A stretch of DNA of 64,000 nucleotides from Felis catus (Eukaryota). The translations under genes were made by a program, and so were the position numbers. Numbering within the stretch: position 1 is the stretch's first letter; each line of letters starts with the position of its first letter. Shown piece after piece: positions 36,876 through 51,009 of the stretch. The notes under the pieces were generated by a model. That model saw only the letters and a list, made by a program, of their open reading frames with translations, was not told where the DNA came from and ran no database searches. The stretch lies in assembly GCF_018350175.1 (NCBI RefSeq), contig NC_058368.1, positions 83,454,001 through 83,518,000 of the forward strand, read 5' to 3'.

Positions 36876-37497
36876 TCTCAATCACTCTTTAATGTCCAAT
36901 ATGTTTTTTGGACATTCATTCAATAAAGTATTTAATAAAGTATGCAAGAAGTAGACTTTATAGTATTAACTATTATAATTTTTATGTTTTGTAAATATAC
37001 TTTTTAAAATTTACTATATCAATTAAATATGCAGAAACAAGGGTTCAGTTAATTTCCTGTCCAAATCCCTCTCCTGTAGAAAGATCCCACAGGAGTCCTA
37101 CTGCCTTTCAACAAGGATCATCATGTCCTTCTTGGGCCAGGAGAGATGGTATCCAACACAAAATTAACATATATTTTATTAGCATGTCACCCCAGAAGAA
37201 CATTTTTTCTGCAGGTCACTCTCAAGATTAACAAGCTGGCAGCTGTATGTTGTGCTACATGTTTCTTTCTTTTCTATCAATTAATAAGATTTGGCATAAA
37301 AACACAAGACCAAAAATCAGAAGACATGGTTCTGAAGCTCCCATTTGCCTCCTGCTTGAAAGAAGCAATGATTTTCTCTGAATATCAGCTTCTCCATGTC
37401 CCATGAGGTTAATTCTTTCTCTAAATATTTCTTAGAATTTTGTGATAATCAAAATCAGATAATTCAGCGAATATCCTTTGAAAAATAGGGACAGTTT

Positions 37498-37529
<32 letters not shown>

Positions 37530-37592
37530 CATTTTTGTTCCCCTCCCCACTCCGCCCTCATCTTTCTTCAGAATTTAGAATAGTACCTGACT

Positions 37593-37775
37593 GGGGTGCC
37601 TGGGTGGGTCAGTCAGCTAAGTGTCTGACTCTTGATTTTGGCTCAGGTCATGATCTCACAGTTAGTGAGTAGTTTGAGCCCTGCATCAGGATCCACACTG
37701 ATAGTACTGAGCCTTCTTGGGATTCTCTCTCTCTCTCTCTCTCTCTCTCAAAATAAATAAGTAGACTTAAAAAAA
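37593..37775 (+). mobile_element. Can-SINE
   Basis: SINE head; TSD aatagtacctga. Confidence 0.9.
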
Positions 37776-38143
37776 TAGTACCTGATATTTTGTGAGAATT
37801 CAATTTATATGTTGTTAATAATTAAAAATTATAATTATCATTTGCAAGTTATATTTTAAGAAACAGGAAACACTGATGACCACAAATTATCATATATAAA
37901 AATTTGGTATGATTATTGGGGAAAAACCCTTGATCATCCCTTGTAAAATAGAACTAGTTCTATGAGTGAGAAGAGAGGATATCCATGATACATATTGTGT
38001 GATTTTTTAAAAATTTAAAAATTGTGTTAAAGTATATCATATAAAAGAGAAGTGCATAAGTCTTATATGGTGAGACTGATAAATTGTCACAAAGTGAACA
38101 CACCCATGCAACCACCAGTAAGGTGGAAAAACATTAAAAAAAT

Positions 38144-38338
38144 GTTTATTTATTTTTGAGAGAGAGACAGAGTGTGAGCCGGGGAGGAGCAGAGAGAGAG
38201 GGAGACACAAAATCTGAAGCAGGCTCCAGGCTCTGAGCAGTCAGCACAGAGCCCGATGTGGGGCTCCAACTCACAAACCGTGAGATCATGACCTGAGCTG
38301 AAGTCAGAAACTTAACCGACAGAGCCACACAGAGCCCC
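38144..38338 (-). mobile_element. Can-SINE
   Basis: SINE body. Confidence 0.9.
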
Positions 38339-38880
38339 AATAGCTCTTAACAATATCAGAGAGGTCCCCTCCTTCCCTACCCCAGACATGAACTTTTATG
38401 ACACCTCCCCTACAAGTTGTTTTTAAATAATTTTGAAATATTTATCAAAATCTGTGTTAAATACCTTTCTTAAAGGTGCAAAAGATTCATCTTGCAAATG
38501 TGAAAACAAAAGCTCTATTAGATATTAATATAAAGAACACAGTTCTAGGCAGGACTCTGAGTAAATGAGGGACACAAATGTCCAAAGTAGAGGGCGAATG
38601 GAAACTGTGAAATGAAAGATTTTGAGAAAGGAAAAACCAGGAGAGATGCTAACAAAGGCAGGGAGAAGGAGAAAATAGAAAGTATCAGTGCAAAGACTAA
38701 AGGGAATTAAACTGAATTGAAACAACATTGAGTATATTTCATAGATGAATCTTAGTCAATTTCTCCACTTGAAGAGATTTAATATGTCCCAGAAATTCTT
38801 CCATTGTTTGATATCAGGGTATGATCAGGTTATTAGGAACCTTCTAAAGCAAACATAACCTTGAAAAGCATATTGATGAT

Positions 38881-39052
38881 GGGGGTGCCTGCATGATCTC
38901 ACAGTTCATGAGTTTAAGCCCCACATTGGGCTCTGTGTTGACAGCTCAGAGCCTGGAGCCTGCCTTGGATTCTGTGTCTCCTTCTCTCTCTCTCTGCCCC
39001 TCCTCCACCTATTTTTTGTCTCTCTCTCAAAAATAAATAAGAATTTAAAAAA
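38881..39052 (+). mobile_element. Can-SINE with internal deletion
   Basis: ggggtgcctg joined directly to catgatctcacagttc. Confidence 0.85.
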
Positions 39053-39555
39053 GCATATGAATGAGAATGTTTTACTTGCATCAACGTTGTTGAAGAAAAC
39101 ATTTTCTCCTCTATGTTGATATTAGATTAACTTAAGGCTAAGTAACCATTTATTAGTCTTTGTTAATTGCGAAACCACTCCAACATGTGTCCAACATTTT
39201 CTAAGCAAAATAAGCACCAGATGAATCAAAAGTTCTTTTTTATTTGTGATATTTCAGAACCATACATTCAATAGGAAGTTAAAATTAGGTAAATCAATGA
39301 ACACAGTTCAGTCAGGGTGGTTTTTGTTTAGTTAATAGTCTACCAAAGTCTGGAATATATCAAGACACCACACTTAACCAAAAGCTAATTAAAAGAAGAA
39401 ATATTTGTCTACTAGTATAACACCTCAAGAAGTTGAGAAAAAGGAGAATTGACCATGAGAGCTGAGTTAGCTAATGAAATGTCTTGATTTATTCATTCTA
39501 TGTTTATCTATACTATATTTTAGGGCATGAATGCAAGTTTTTGAAACATCGTATC

Positions 39556-40604
39556 TGCTGGAAGTGGAGCTATCCCAGCCTGAATGGCAGGGCCCAGGCT
39601 GTGGACGGATTGGTGACTGCAGGGCGGCCCGCCGACAGTGAAGCTTCTTGTACTCCCGCTTTTAGGTAATTTGGCCTTAAAACTACCTAGGGTATTGTCT
39701 GTTGGGGAATTGCCCTCAGCAGGCCCCCTGGGAAAAGAACCATTAGGAAGAAAATAAGATTCCTCAAGAAATTGTGTGGCCTTACTTTTAGCCCTTGCCA
39801 TCCCCTATGGAGACTCCTCTACTTATAGGAAGGATAGCCTCATACATTTGCCAGCAAAGAGGGCCTGTAAAGAAGAGACATATGGATTTGAAAGCCTCAC
39901 TCTGGCAACTAAGGAGTGTATCTCTGGGCACAGGTGACTTCAACCCCCTAGGCCCACCTGGCCCCCCGGAGGCATTCCAGATGATGAGTGAACCTAGTCG
40001 GTTAAGCTACAGAATGGTTCATTGGTTCCTAGGTGCATTGTCTCTCTGAGAATGTATGAGGCATGGGTTTCTAAGGCTTTTTCAGCCCCTTTCTGGCACC
40101 TCGGACTGAGGCAAACACATTGTTCTTCTGGTCTCATGTGATTACCCTGTCCCTGTAACTGTTCCACTTCAGGTGTTGAGAAATGGAGGGCCTTTCACGA
40201 GAACAGCAAATCAAATGCTTTGTATATTATAGATAAACACAGATGCATAATGGAATAATGTAAGAAATTAATCTATAATCAAAGGGTATGCGGGAAAGTT
40301 AGGGGAAAATCACCATGTTATTTTTTAAAGGTTGTTTATACATAGGAACATTTTCAAAATTAGGTAATGTTAGAAAAACATAGATGACGTATGTTACAAG
40401 GAAATCACTAGCATATATAATGCCACGTTTACTACAATAAATTGGCCAGTTCAACACACTGCTGTTGTCTGTGTCCATTTTTATTTTAGTTTTAGTTTTT
40501 TATTTTAGTTTTTTATTTTCCAGTTTTTTATTTTAGTTTTGTTTTATTTTCACCGACGCCATTCTTCCTTTGGGAACCCCTGGTTGCTGAAGCTGTCTCC
40601 GGCA
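39556..40604 (+). mobile_element. Solo LTR, about 1.05 kb, 6-bp TSD (class II/ERVK-like)
   Basis: Termini tgctgga...tccggca (imperfect inverted repeat); flanks cgtatc and catatc; TATA-like tatataa at about 40414 and AATAAA at about 40436. Confidence 0.75.
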
Positions 40605-41275
40605 CATATCAATGTTGTTACCTTAAGTATAGAAGTAAGCTTTTAATTAACTAGTAAATGTTGATTTCCAGGCACATATTAAACTCTATGTGAATAAAAG
40701 TATGATAACTACCTACAGTTTAATTTTGGTGGTTAGAGAATACAAGTATTCATAAAACGTGAACAAGAATGTAGAACCCAAAATATAATTAAATTGTCTT
40801 CATAAAATTTTCCTAAATAAAGTTTCTACATTATTATTACTAGAAAATATTTAATTGACACTGAATGTTTGATATTAAATCCTCGAGGACATGGTGACTG
40901 GTCCTTGCAACTTCTATTCAAAAGTTGGTCAATAATATAGACATAGACACATGAACATGTGTAACCTGAAAATATGTATCCAGTACTCTTCAAAGGGGCA
41001 TTTGGCCTATTTTGGATTGTTTATAGTGTTACTTGAAGAAAATGCTCTCTGGAAAATGTTTTTCAGTGAATCCAGACTAGCCAATGGGCTAATTCTGATG
41101 CTTGTGGGCTACAGCTATTGTTTCTAAATGATGCTTGCAAAGAGATGATTTTGCCTGTTGATAACTCAGGATTATTAAAATGGTAGTGAATTTTTTTTCA
41201 TAATCAAAAACATAGTTTCTTATATGAAGGTGTGCCAGTGGCCATAGCAGCAATGATATTTGTACTTGGCCCTGT

Positions 41276-42250
41276 CTAGTGTTTCCTGGACAAATCCACC
41301 ACTCTGGTTTTCTGGGAGGAGGGGCATCTACTCAGCACTTTTCTTAGAGCTGTAGCCACATCTTTATTCCTCAAGCTGTAGATGAGTGGATTGAGCATTG
41401 GGGTGAGGATGGTGTAGAAAGCGGATACAATCTTGTCTTTCTCTGGTGTGTGGTAGGAATGTGGCAACACATTGGTGTAGAAGGCTGCCCCATAGAAAAT
41501 GCTTACTACCATTATATGGGAAGAACAGGTAGCTAAGGCTTTGCGCCGGCCCTCAGCAGAATTAATGTGATGGACAGTGAGCAGGATGCGTGTGTAGGAA
41601 ACAGAGATTACGGATATAGGAATGAGCAGCATTAGCACGCAGCAGGTGTACATCAGAGTCTCATAGAGAGACGTGTCAACACATGACAGTTTCAGTACAG
41701 CTGGGATCTCACAGAAAAAATGATTGATTTCTCGGGAGCCACAGTAGAGGAAACTCATAGTGAAGGGGGTCAGCATGAACCCATCTAAGGAGCCACCAAC
41801 CCAGGAACCCACCACCATGAACAAGCAAATCCTGCGATTCATGAAGAGAGGGTACCGAAGGGGTTTGCATACAGCCACGTATCGGTCATAAGCCATGAGA
41901 CCTAGCAGGAAAAATTCACCTCCAACTAGTGTCAGGTAGAGGAAGATCTGAAGTGTGCATCCAAAGAAAGAGATGATCTTTTCCTTGGACAGAAGGTCTT
42001 GCAGCATCTTGGGAACGGTGATACAGATGTAAACTGTGTCCATAATGGAGAGCTGGCTGAGTAAAAAGTACATGGGTGTATTCAGGCGAGAGTCCACATG
42101 GATGAGCAGAATCATGACCACATTGGCTGTTACAGACACCAGAAAAATGGAGAAGACTACTGCAAAGATAAGCCCAGGGAATTCAGGGTGGGTGATGAGG
42201 CCCAAGAGGATGAAATCAGTGGAGTTCTGGAGAATGGCTTCCATGATCAT
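41276..42250 (-). CDS. OR2T2: Olfactory receptor, OR2T2/OR2T35-like, intact 324 aa
   Basis: Seven-TM OR motifs [30 protein letters not shown] and [12 protein letters not shown]; sequence recognised as close to human OR2T2/OR2T35 (orthology not tested). Confidence 0.93.
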   Translation of the reverse strand: MIMEAILQNSTDFILLGLITHPEFPGLIFAVVFSIFLVSVTANVVMILLIHVDSRLNTPMYFLLSQLSIMDTVYICITVPKMLQDLLSKEKIISFFGCTLQIFLYLTLVGGEFFLLGLMAYDRYVAVCKPLRYPLFMNRRICLFMVVGSWVGGSLDGFMLTPFTMSFLYCGSREINHFFCEIPAVLKLSCVDTSLYETLMYTCCVLMLLIPISVISVSYTRILLTVHHINSAEGRRKALATCSSHIMVVSIFYGAAFYTNVLPHSYHTPEKDKIVSAFYTILTPMLNPLIYSLRNKDVATALRKVLSRCPSSQKTRVVDLSRKH

Positions 42251-42339
42251 CTCACATGGTGGTTCTTAGGTCTTCAAAGGCAAAATTTTGGTGGGTTAAT
42301 AAATAATCAATATTTACGCAGAGCCCACCAGTGTAATAT

Positions 42340-42530
42340 ATTAGAAGCAGTATGGGATAGAGGAAAGAATATAGACTTCAAATCATTTTGAATTCTAGTT
42401 TTAATATTAACGGTCTTTGTGACATTGAACAAATATATTAATCTATAAGTTAATACTTTCATTATCTATGAAAGTTTATCATAAGTCTATATCTCTTTAG
42501 GCTGGATGTGAGATGTAAATATAATAGTTC
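42340..42530 (+). mobile_element. Degenerate MIR
   Basis: tttgaattctag...tttgtgacattgaacaaatatattaatct... Confidence 0.45.
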
Positions 42531-44426
42531 ATACAGAACCACTTTTAAAATTTGATTTATTTTTATTTTATTTTGATCTTCTTTATAGTCTTTATAATCA
42601 TATTACTTTAGGCTAAATATTTCCTGAGGTTGATATAGTGCCTCGCAACCAATATCCATGAGTTGATTGAATTTGAGTTGTTCTCTGCCATTTAGATGAT
42701 TACACTGTTAAGATTGTACATAGACATACATTTGTGATGTAATAAATTGACATAAAATAAACATGGGCCCAATAAATCTAGATAAATTTAACATTTGGGG
42801 CTGCTGGATCAGGGTCAAGTGAGCTATAGGCAGATGTGCTGCCAAAAAGTTAATGTTTTAGGCATAGGTAACTTTAAGAAGTCAGGTCTCTTTGTTCTTA
42901 TGGGATAATTTGGAGTGATAAATCTCTAATAAGGATCGCCATGAACTCTATTCCACAATAAGGGGTTTGGTTTCATCTTTGTGGCAGTCTTTGGTCGCCA
43001 TAATGGAGTAGGTTGAAATTTTAGGACTTAACACTGGCTCATATTACTCTATGGTGACCTAAACTTTTCTTAAATTATTGGTCAAACAAAACATTAACAT
43101 AATTTTTCTGATAGGGTGGCATTCTGATTCTATTAATGGATTCCTAAGAATCCATTACTTTGTTGTTGTTGTTTTTTCATTCTTTAACATTTATTTTTGT
43201 ACTGTGTTATACTGGTCCTTCATGTTTATAAGTAAAGATAACTCCAGATGGGAAAATGATTTCTGAATTTAGATGGAAAAATATACAATAGTATTATTAC
43301 AACTCCCATGAACTAAATGGAATCAATTGTCATACCTTTTATTCTTGAAGAATATAAGTGTGCATCTTTTAGATATGTTCATGGATATGAGGAATGAGTT
43401 GTTTATTATCATCATCATCGTCCTATTGTAGTGTTCCTCTTCTCCTATTTCAGTGACAGAATTACTAAAGAAGTTTATTTCTATAAAATGTATTGGCCAC
43501 CATAAATATACCCATATTTTTTGGAGAGAAATATGTAGTCTCTGAAGCATTAAAAAGGAATAATTATCTCTTTATGTGGAACCAAAACTAATCAGAGCAA
43601 CAGAGAGATTTATTTTCCTTTCTAAATATTCATCAAAGATGAATTTACATTATGAGTAATACTCTAAAGAAATAAGTAAAATCTGGAGGGGTAAGTAAAA
43701 TCAGTTTTGTGTTAACTTAAATTTATCACACTTTATTAGCTAACCAGGACAAAAACAAATGTCTGGATAATTAACAAACCATATCTGAATATCAACTGTA
43801 ACTCTCAACAAATTTGATGAGCATCAGCTACTTCTGCCTTCTTTAATATATGAAAGAATTTTTTATGAGAGATCCAGATCTGACTCATATACAAAAAGAC
43901 AGAATTTAAGATTTACAAATGAAATTGTGTTTATAGTTCTTCACAATAACTGGTTGAATATTAAAATATTCATCCAGGCAGGCAGTAATTTTATCTTGAC
44001 CAGCCATATTTTTTCTACTTAGATACATTGTAGATTTTATATTTCATTTACCAATAGTACCAAATCAACTGCCAATAATAACAATCCCTTTAAAAATACA
44101 ATGAAAAACTTAAATAGCAAAGAAAATTACCAATCTGAAAACCGCCTAATAACAAATTACTTTTTAATCAAAATACAGACTACATAATTTTATCTTATAC
44201 AAACACTCATACTGGACACTACATAGTGTTCACAGGAATAAATCACTCTTATTGCCTCAAATATCTTTGATTAAGGAATGAAATTTTTCTAAATTCTGGA
44301 TCTTTTTTTTTTGTGTTTATCCTATAATAATAGGTTATGCAAGTTGAAGGAAAGATATAATTTTAAACCAAATCCTTTATTCCAAAAATAACCATAGACT
44401 CATTGTGTTAAAAAAAATGGATCTAG

Positions 44427-44428
<2 letters not shown>

Positions 44429-44464
<36 letters not shown>

Positions 44465-44492
44465 TGTTTGTGTGTGTGTGTCAGAGAGAGAG
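44429..44492. repeat. (TG)n microsatellite
   Basis: Direct reading. Confidence 0.95.
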
Positions 44493-45392
44493 AAAGAAGA
44501 AAGAATGTATATTGGGAACAGAGCATGCTAAAGGAGTAGCACATTAAAGGCTTAACACAAAGAAGCATATTTTACTTTGTCAATGAAACAAATTTATAAA
44601 AAAAATGTGACACATGGTCAAAATACATAATCACTATTGTAGGATATTTGGAATGGTAATTAAGCCATGAAAATATATACATTATGAATACAATGATATT
44701 TTATGATTAATATATGTTAACTGATATGACGTAAACTAATGTTTACATCAGCTCCTAATATGTAAATTTAACATTAGTGTTCACACTATTGCTGAAAGTA
44801 ATGTGTTATTTGACTAATTCACACTACAAGATCCCAGATTCCATTCCCCACAAAGTAACCTTTCCTCTACTATCATTTTCTGCTATTCAAGGGTCTAGGT
44901 TTTTTTTCCGTTTCCTTTTCAAACAAGAGTTTTTTTTTTTTAAGAGAAAGGAGAAAACAAACAAACAAACAAACATTTTATCTGCATGAGACTCAGGCCT
45001 TTCTGCTGTTCAAGTCAGAAAATACTCTGCCCCACAGACTGGGTTCACTATTACCCAGCCTTGTTAGTTAGGACATGGGAGTGGGGGAAGATCCAGCCAA
45101 GGTGTGGAGAGCACTGTGGACAGAAGCTTTGGATCTCTGCAGTGAAAAAAAAAAAAATGGAAGAGTAAGTTTTGTAAGAGGTGTTGATTCTCCTTGTGGT
45201 CTCTATATGAAGAGAAGTAAAGAGATGTAGGAGAAGTTCTGTGCAAGGTACTGGTTGGTAGATGTGGCACATTTCAAGACAATGGGGAGTTGTTTGGGGA
45301 GAAGCCACAGAAGTCCAGGCAGTTTGTGACCCTCATGGCTTCTTGTAAGGAGAGACTTCCAAGTAAGATAAGGCAATATTTTATAAAGTGCT

Positions 45393-46058
45393 GTCCAAGA
45401 AGTTGAGGTCTTGGGCCAATCCTTTCTGATAATCTGTATGTAGATATTTTAAGTTTTCTGTATATTACCATGTTCTGGCATCTTAAACAATTTAACTATG
45501 GAACGGCTGACCCTTCCAGAACTACCCAAATCTTTAAAAGATAGCAAAGGATTGAGGAGGGCACCTTTTGGGATGAGCACTGGGTGTTGTATGGAAACCA
45601 ATTTGTCAATAAATTTCATATATATAAAAAAAATAAAAGATAGCAAAGGGCTTAGCTACAAGCATGCCTTTGATATGAAAACTAACCAATCTAGGCTCAG
45701 ACCTCCTCTATCTGATATGTGCACCCTTACAGAAAATATTTCTCTGCCTTAAATATTTCAGAATTAGGTACCAGGCAACTAGAGACCGCTAAAGTCAGAC
45801 AACATTAACTAACTAGCCAATCCTAAACAGTTTCCCCTGTCTGGCTTTATATTTCCAGCAGAAACCCCAATAAAAACTGTGTCCTCATTCCTGCCTTTTG
45901 CCTCTGACCATCCCAGTAATTTGGCCCTCGGTGTTGTGACATGATTTCTTTCTCTAAGAATAGAACAGTAAGTATAATGAAGGTTTTTGTTGTTTGTTTG
46001 TTTTTACTGAGCGTGGTCTCTGTCTCTTCCTGTGTTTATTCAGGGCTGACATTTAACA
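45393..46058 (+). mobile_element. Possible old solo LTR
   Basis: CCAAT-like motifs, aataaa at about 45868, ends ...tttaaca; boundaries uncertain. Confidence 0.35.
45551..45634 (+). mobile_element. 84-bp L1 3'-end insertion
   Basis: Perfect 15-bp TSD aaaagatagcaaagg (45536-45550 and 45635-45649) at a tt/aaaa site; matches the 3' end of the full-length L1 nearby. Confidence 0.92.
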
Positions 46059-47199
46059 TATCTCAATTCCCTCCCAAGCATACAAAAAAACCTTCAACAA
46101 TACCTAACTACATATGAAGGAGGTAATCCTTGCCTCAAAAATATTCAGAGGAAAATCCATGCTTCTCCCTTATTAACTTATATTTGGCACCTACACACTA
46201 ATGTTTGTAAACTACTCATAATGAATACTAGGCACTCTCTTTCAATCAATCAGCTCTTAAAAGCCTGTTTCTTCTTCAGTGAACCCATTTATGCCCTTCC
46301 AAACAATACCAGATTCTCCTCAATCTCCCATATTTTAAGCTAAAGTGTCCCTTTTCCAATAATCTAGTTGCCAAAAAGCGAATGTATAAATTCATCCTTC
46401 TTAATCTTGAAGAGACTTTCTCAAGTTCCAGAGTGGTGCCTGAAGAAAACATCCCACTCACTGGGGAATGTATTATCTAGCTTCCATGAAAATCTAAGAT
46501 CCTACCTCAAAGCAGCTGAGTCCAAGCCTTAGGTAAGGCAACAGTGGAAGAGAGGACTTCTTAACTACTTGAATATGGAGGTGGCATTGGCCCAAAATAT
46601 TTTTCATTAATAATGGGTTTCAGCATCTTGCAGAAGGAATTCCCAGGTTAGCAATTAGTCTAAATTTACAAGATTTACCTTGTGCACTATAGGAAACTCA
46701 ATCAAAGCCCATCCCTTTTAGTGGAGTGTACATTATTTTCCCAAGTAAAAGATTGTAATTATTCCTGGAAATTTCATCATAGAACTACTTATCTAATCCT
46801 GGCATCATTCTAAAGTAGTTCAAAAGAAATGTAGTCTAGGGGTGACAGGAAGGGTCACTTAAATTTAAAATTAAAAAAATAATTCTAAAAGAAGTTATGC
46901 AAAACTGGAATTTCTTTCTTCCATGGGATTGGCCTATTTTGTTTGAATAATTTTTTTTAATATATGAAATTTATTGTCAAATTGGTTTCCATACAACACC
47001 CAGTGCTCATCCCAAAAGGTGCCCTCCTCAATACCCATCACCCACCCTCTCCTCCCTCCCACCCCCCATCAACCCTCAGTTTGTTCTCAGGTTTTAAGAG
47101 ACTCTTGTGCTTTGGCTCTCTTCCACTCTAACCTCTTTTTTTTTCCCTTCCCCTCCCCCATGGGTTTCTGTTAAGTTTCTCAGGATCCACATAAGAGTG

Positions 47200-50100
47200 A
47201 AACCATATGGTATCTGTCTTTCTCCGTATGGCTTATTTCACTTAGCATCACACTCTCCAGTTCCATCCACGTTGCTACAAAAGGCCATATTTCATTCTTT
47301 CTCATTGCCACATAGTATTCCATTGTGTACATAAACCACAATTTCTGATTCCATTCATCAGTTGATGGACATTTAGGCTCTTTTCATAATTTGGCTACTG
47401 TTGAGAGTGCTGCTATAAACATTGGGGTACAAGTGGCCTTATGCATCAGCACTCCTGTATCCCTTGGGTAAATTCCTAGCAGTGCTATTGCTGGGTCATA
47501 GGGTAGGTCCATTTTTAATTTTTTGAGGAACCTCCACACTGCTTTCCAGAGCAGCTGCACCAATTTGCATTCCCACCAACAGTGCAAGAGGGTTGCCGTT
47601 TTGCCACATCCTCTCCAGCATCTACAGTCTCCTGATTTGTTCATTTTGGCCACTCTGACTGGCGTGAGGTGATGTCTGAGTGTGGTTTTGATTTGTATTT
47701 CCCTGATAAGGAGCGACGTTGAACATCTTTTCATGTGCCTGTTGGCCATCCGGATGTCTTCTTTAGAGAAGTGTCTATTCATGTTTCCTGCCCATTTCTT
47801 CACTGGGTTGTTTGTTTTTCGGGTGTGGAGTTTGGTGAGCTCTTTATAGATTTTGGATACTAGCCCTTTGTCCGATATGTCATTTGCGAATATCTTTGCC
47901 CATTCCATTGGTTGCCTTTTAGTTTTGTTGGTTGTTTCGTTTGCTGTGCAGAAGCTTTTTATCTTCATAAGGTCCCAGTAATTCACTTTTGCTTTTAATT
48001 CCCTTGATTTGGGGATGTGTCGAGTAAGAGAGTGCTACAGGTGAGGTCAGAGAGGTCTTTTCCTGCTTTCTCCTCTAAGGTTATGATGGTTTCCTGTCTC
48101 ACATTCAGGTCCTTTATCCATTTTGAGTTTATTTTTGTGAATGGTGTGAGAAAGTGGTCTAGTTTCAACCTTCTGCATGTTGCTGTCCACTTCTCCCAGC
48201 ACCATTAGTAAAGAGACTGTCTTTTTTCCATTGGATGTTCTTTACTGCTTTGTCAAAGATGAGTTGGCCATACATTTGTGGGTCTAGTTCTGGGGTTTCT
48301 ATTCTATTCCATTGGTCTATGTGTCTGTTTTTGTGCCAATACCATGCTGTCTTGATGATGACAGCTTTGTAGTAGAGGCTAAAGTCTGGGATTGTGATGC
48401 CTCCTGCTTTGGTCTTCTTCTTCAAAATTACTTTCGTTATTCGGGGCCTTTTGTGGTTCCATATGAATTTTAGGATTGCTTGTTCTAGTTTTGAGAAGAA
48501 TGCTGGTGCAATTTTGATTGGGATTGCATTGAATGTGTAGATAGCTTTGGGTAGTATTGACATTTTGACAATATTTATTCTTCCAATCCATGAGCAGGGA
48601 ATGTCTTTCCATTTCTTTATATCTTCTTCAATTACCTTCATAAGCTTTCTATAGTTTTCAGCATACAGATCTTTTACATCTTTGGTTAGATTTATTCCTA
48701 GGTATTTTATGCTTCTTGGTGCAATTGTGAATGGGATGAGTTTCTTTATTTGTCTTTCTGTTGCTTCATTGTTAGTGTATAAGAATGCAACTGATTTCTG
48801 TACATTGATTTTGTATCCTGCAACTTTGCTGAATTCATGTATCCGTTCTAGCAGACTTTTGGTGGAGTTTATCGGATTTTCCATGTATAATATCATGTCA
48901 TCTACAAAAAGTGAAAGCTTGCTTCATCTTTGCCATTTTGGATGCCTTTGATTTCCTTTTGTTGTCTGATTGCTGATGCTAGAACTTCCAGCACTATGTT
49001 AAACAACAGCGGTGAGAGTGGGCATCTCAGTCTTGTTCCTGATCTCAGGGAAAAAGCTCTCAGTTTTTCCCCATGGAGGATGATGTTAGCTGTGGGCTTT
49101 TCATAAATGGCTTTTATGATCTTTAAGTAAGTTCCTTCTATCCCGACTTTCTCAAGGGTTTTTATTAAGAAAGGGTGCTGGATTTTGTCAAAGGCCTTTT
49201 CTGCATCGATTGACAGGATCATATGGTTCTTCTCTTTTTTTTTGTTAATGTGATGTATCACATTGATTGATTTGCGAATGTTGAACCAGCCCTGCATCCC
49301 AGGAATAAATCTCACTTGATCGTGGTGAATAATTCTTTTTATATGCCGTTGAATTCGATTTGCTAGTATCTTATTGAGAATTTTTGCATGCATATTCATC
49401 AGGGATATTGGCCTGTAGTTCTCTTTTTTTACTGGGTCTCTGTCTGGTTTAGGAATCAAAGTAATACTGGCTTCATAGAATGAGTCTGGAAGTTTTCCTT
49501 CCCTTTCTATTTCTTGGAATAGCTTGAGAAGGATAGTTATTATCTCTGCTTCAACCGTCTGGTAGAACTCCCCTGGGAAGCCATCTGGTCCTGGACTCTT
49601 ATTTGTTGGGAGATTTTTGATAACTGATTCAATTTCTTCCCTGGTTATGGGTCAGTTCAAGCTTTCTCTTTCCTCCTGATTGAGTTTTGGAAGAGTGTGG
49701 GTGTTTAGGAATTTGTCCATTTCTTCCAGGTTGTCCAATTTGTTGGCATATAATTTTCCATAGTATTCCCTGATAATTGTTTGTATCTCTGAGGGATTGG
49801 TTGTAATCATTCCATTTTCATTCATGATTTTATCTATTTGGGTCATCTCCCTTTTCTTTTTGAGAAGCCTGGCTAGAGGTTTGCCAATTTTGTTTATTTT
49901 TTCAAAAAACCAACTCTTGGTTTGGTTGATCTGCTCTACAGTTTTTTTAGATTCTATATTGTTTACTTCTGCTCTGATCTTTCTTATTTCTCTTCTTCTG
50001 CTGGGTTTAAGCTGCCTTTGCTGTTCTGCTTCTAGTTCCTTTAGGTGTGCTGTTAGATTTTGTATTTGGGATTTTTCTTGTTTCTTGAGATAGGCCTGGA

Positions 50101-51009
50101 TTGCAATGTATTTTCCTCTCAGGACTGCCTTCGCTGTGTCCCAAAGCGTTTGGATAGTTGTATTTTCATTTTCGTTTGTTTCCATATATTTTTTTTAATT
50201 TCTTCTCTAATTGCCTGGTTGACCCACTCATTCGTTAGTAGGGTGTTCTTTAACCTCCATGCTTTTGGAGGTTTTCCAGATTTTTTCCTGTGGTTGATTT
50301 CAAGCTTCATAGCATTGTGGTCTGAAAGTATGCATGATATAATTTCAATTTTTGTAAACTTACGAAGGGCAGTTTTGTGACCCAGTATATGATCTATCTT
50401 GGAGAATGTTCCATGTGCACTCAAGAAGAAAGTATATTCTGTTGCTTTGGGATGCAGAGTTCTAAATATATCTGTCAAGTCCATCTGATCCAATGTCTCA
50501 TTCAGGGCCCTTGTTTCTTTATTGACCATGTGTCTAGATGATCTATCCATTTCTGTAAGTGGGGTGTTAAAGTCCCCTGCAATTACCACATTCTTATCAA
50601 TAAGGTTGCTTATGTTTGTGAGTAATTGTTTTATATATTTGGGGGCTCCGGTATTCGGCGCATAGATATTTATAATTGTTAGCTCTTCCTGATGGATAGA
50701 CCCTGTAATTATTATATAATGCTCTTCTTCATCTCTTGTTACAGCCTTTAATTTAAAGTCTAGTTTGTCTGATATAAGAATGGCTACTCCAGCTTTCTTT
50801 TGGCTTCCAGTAGCATGATAAATAGTTCTCCATCCCCTCACTCTCAATCTAAAGGTATCCTCAGGTCTAAAATGAGTCTCTTGTAGACAGCAAATAGATG
50901 GGTCTTGTTTTTTTTTTTTTATCCATTCTGATACCCTATGTCTTTTGGTTGGCGCATTTAATCCATTTACATTCAGTGTTATTATAGAAAGATACGGGTT
51001 TAGAGTCAT
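47200..51009 (-). pseudogene. L1 ORF2p (EN/RT), multiple frameshifts
   Basis: MTLNPYLSIITLNVNGLN, CLQETH, GDFN, SDH, YRPISL and YLGI in different frames; 3' end approximate. Confidence 0.9.
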
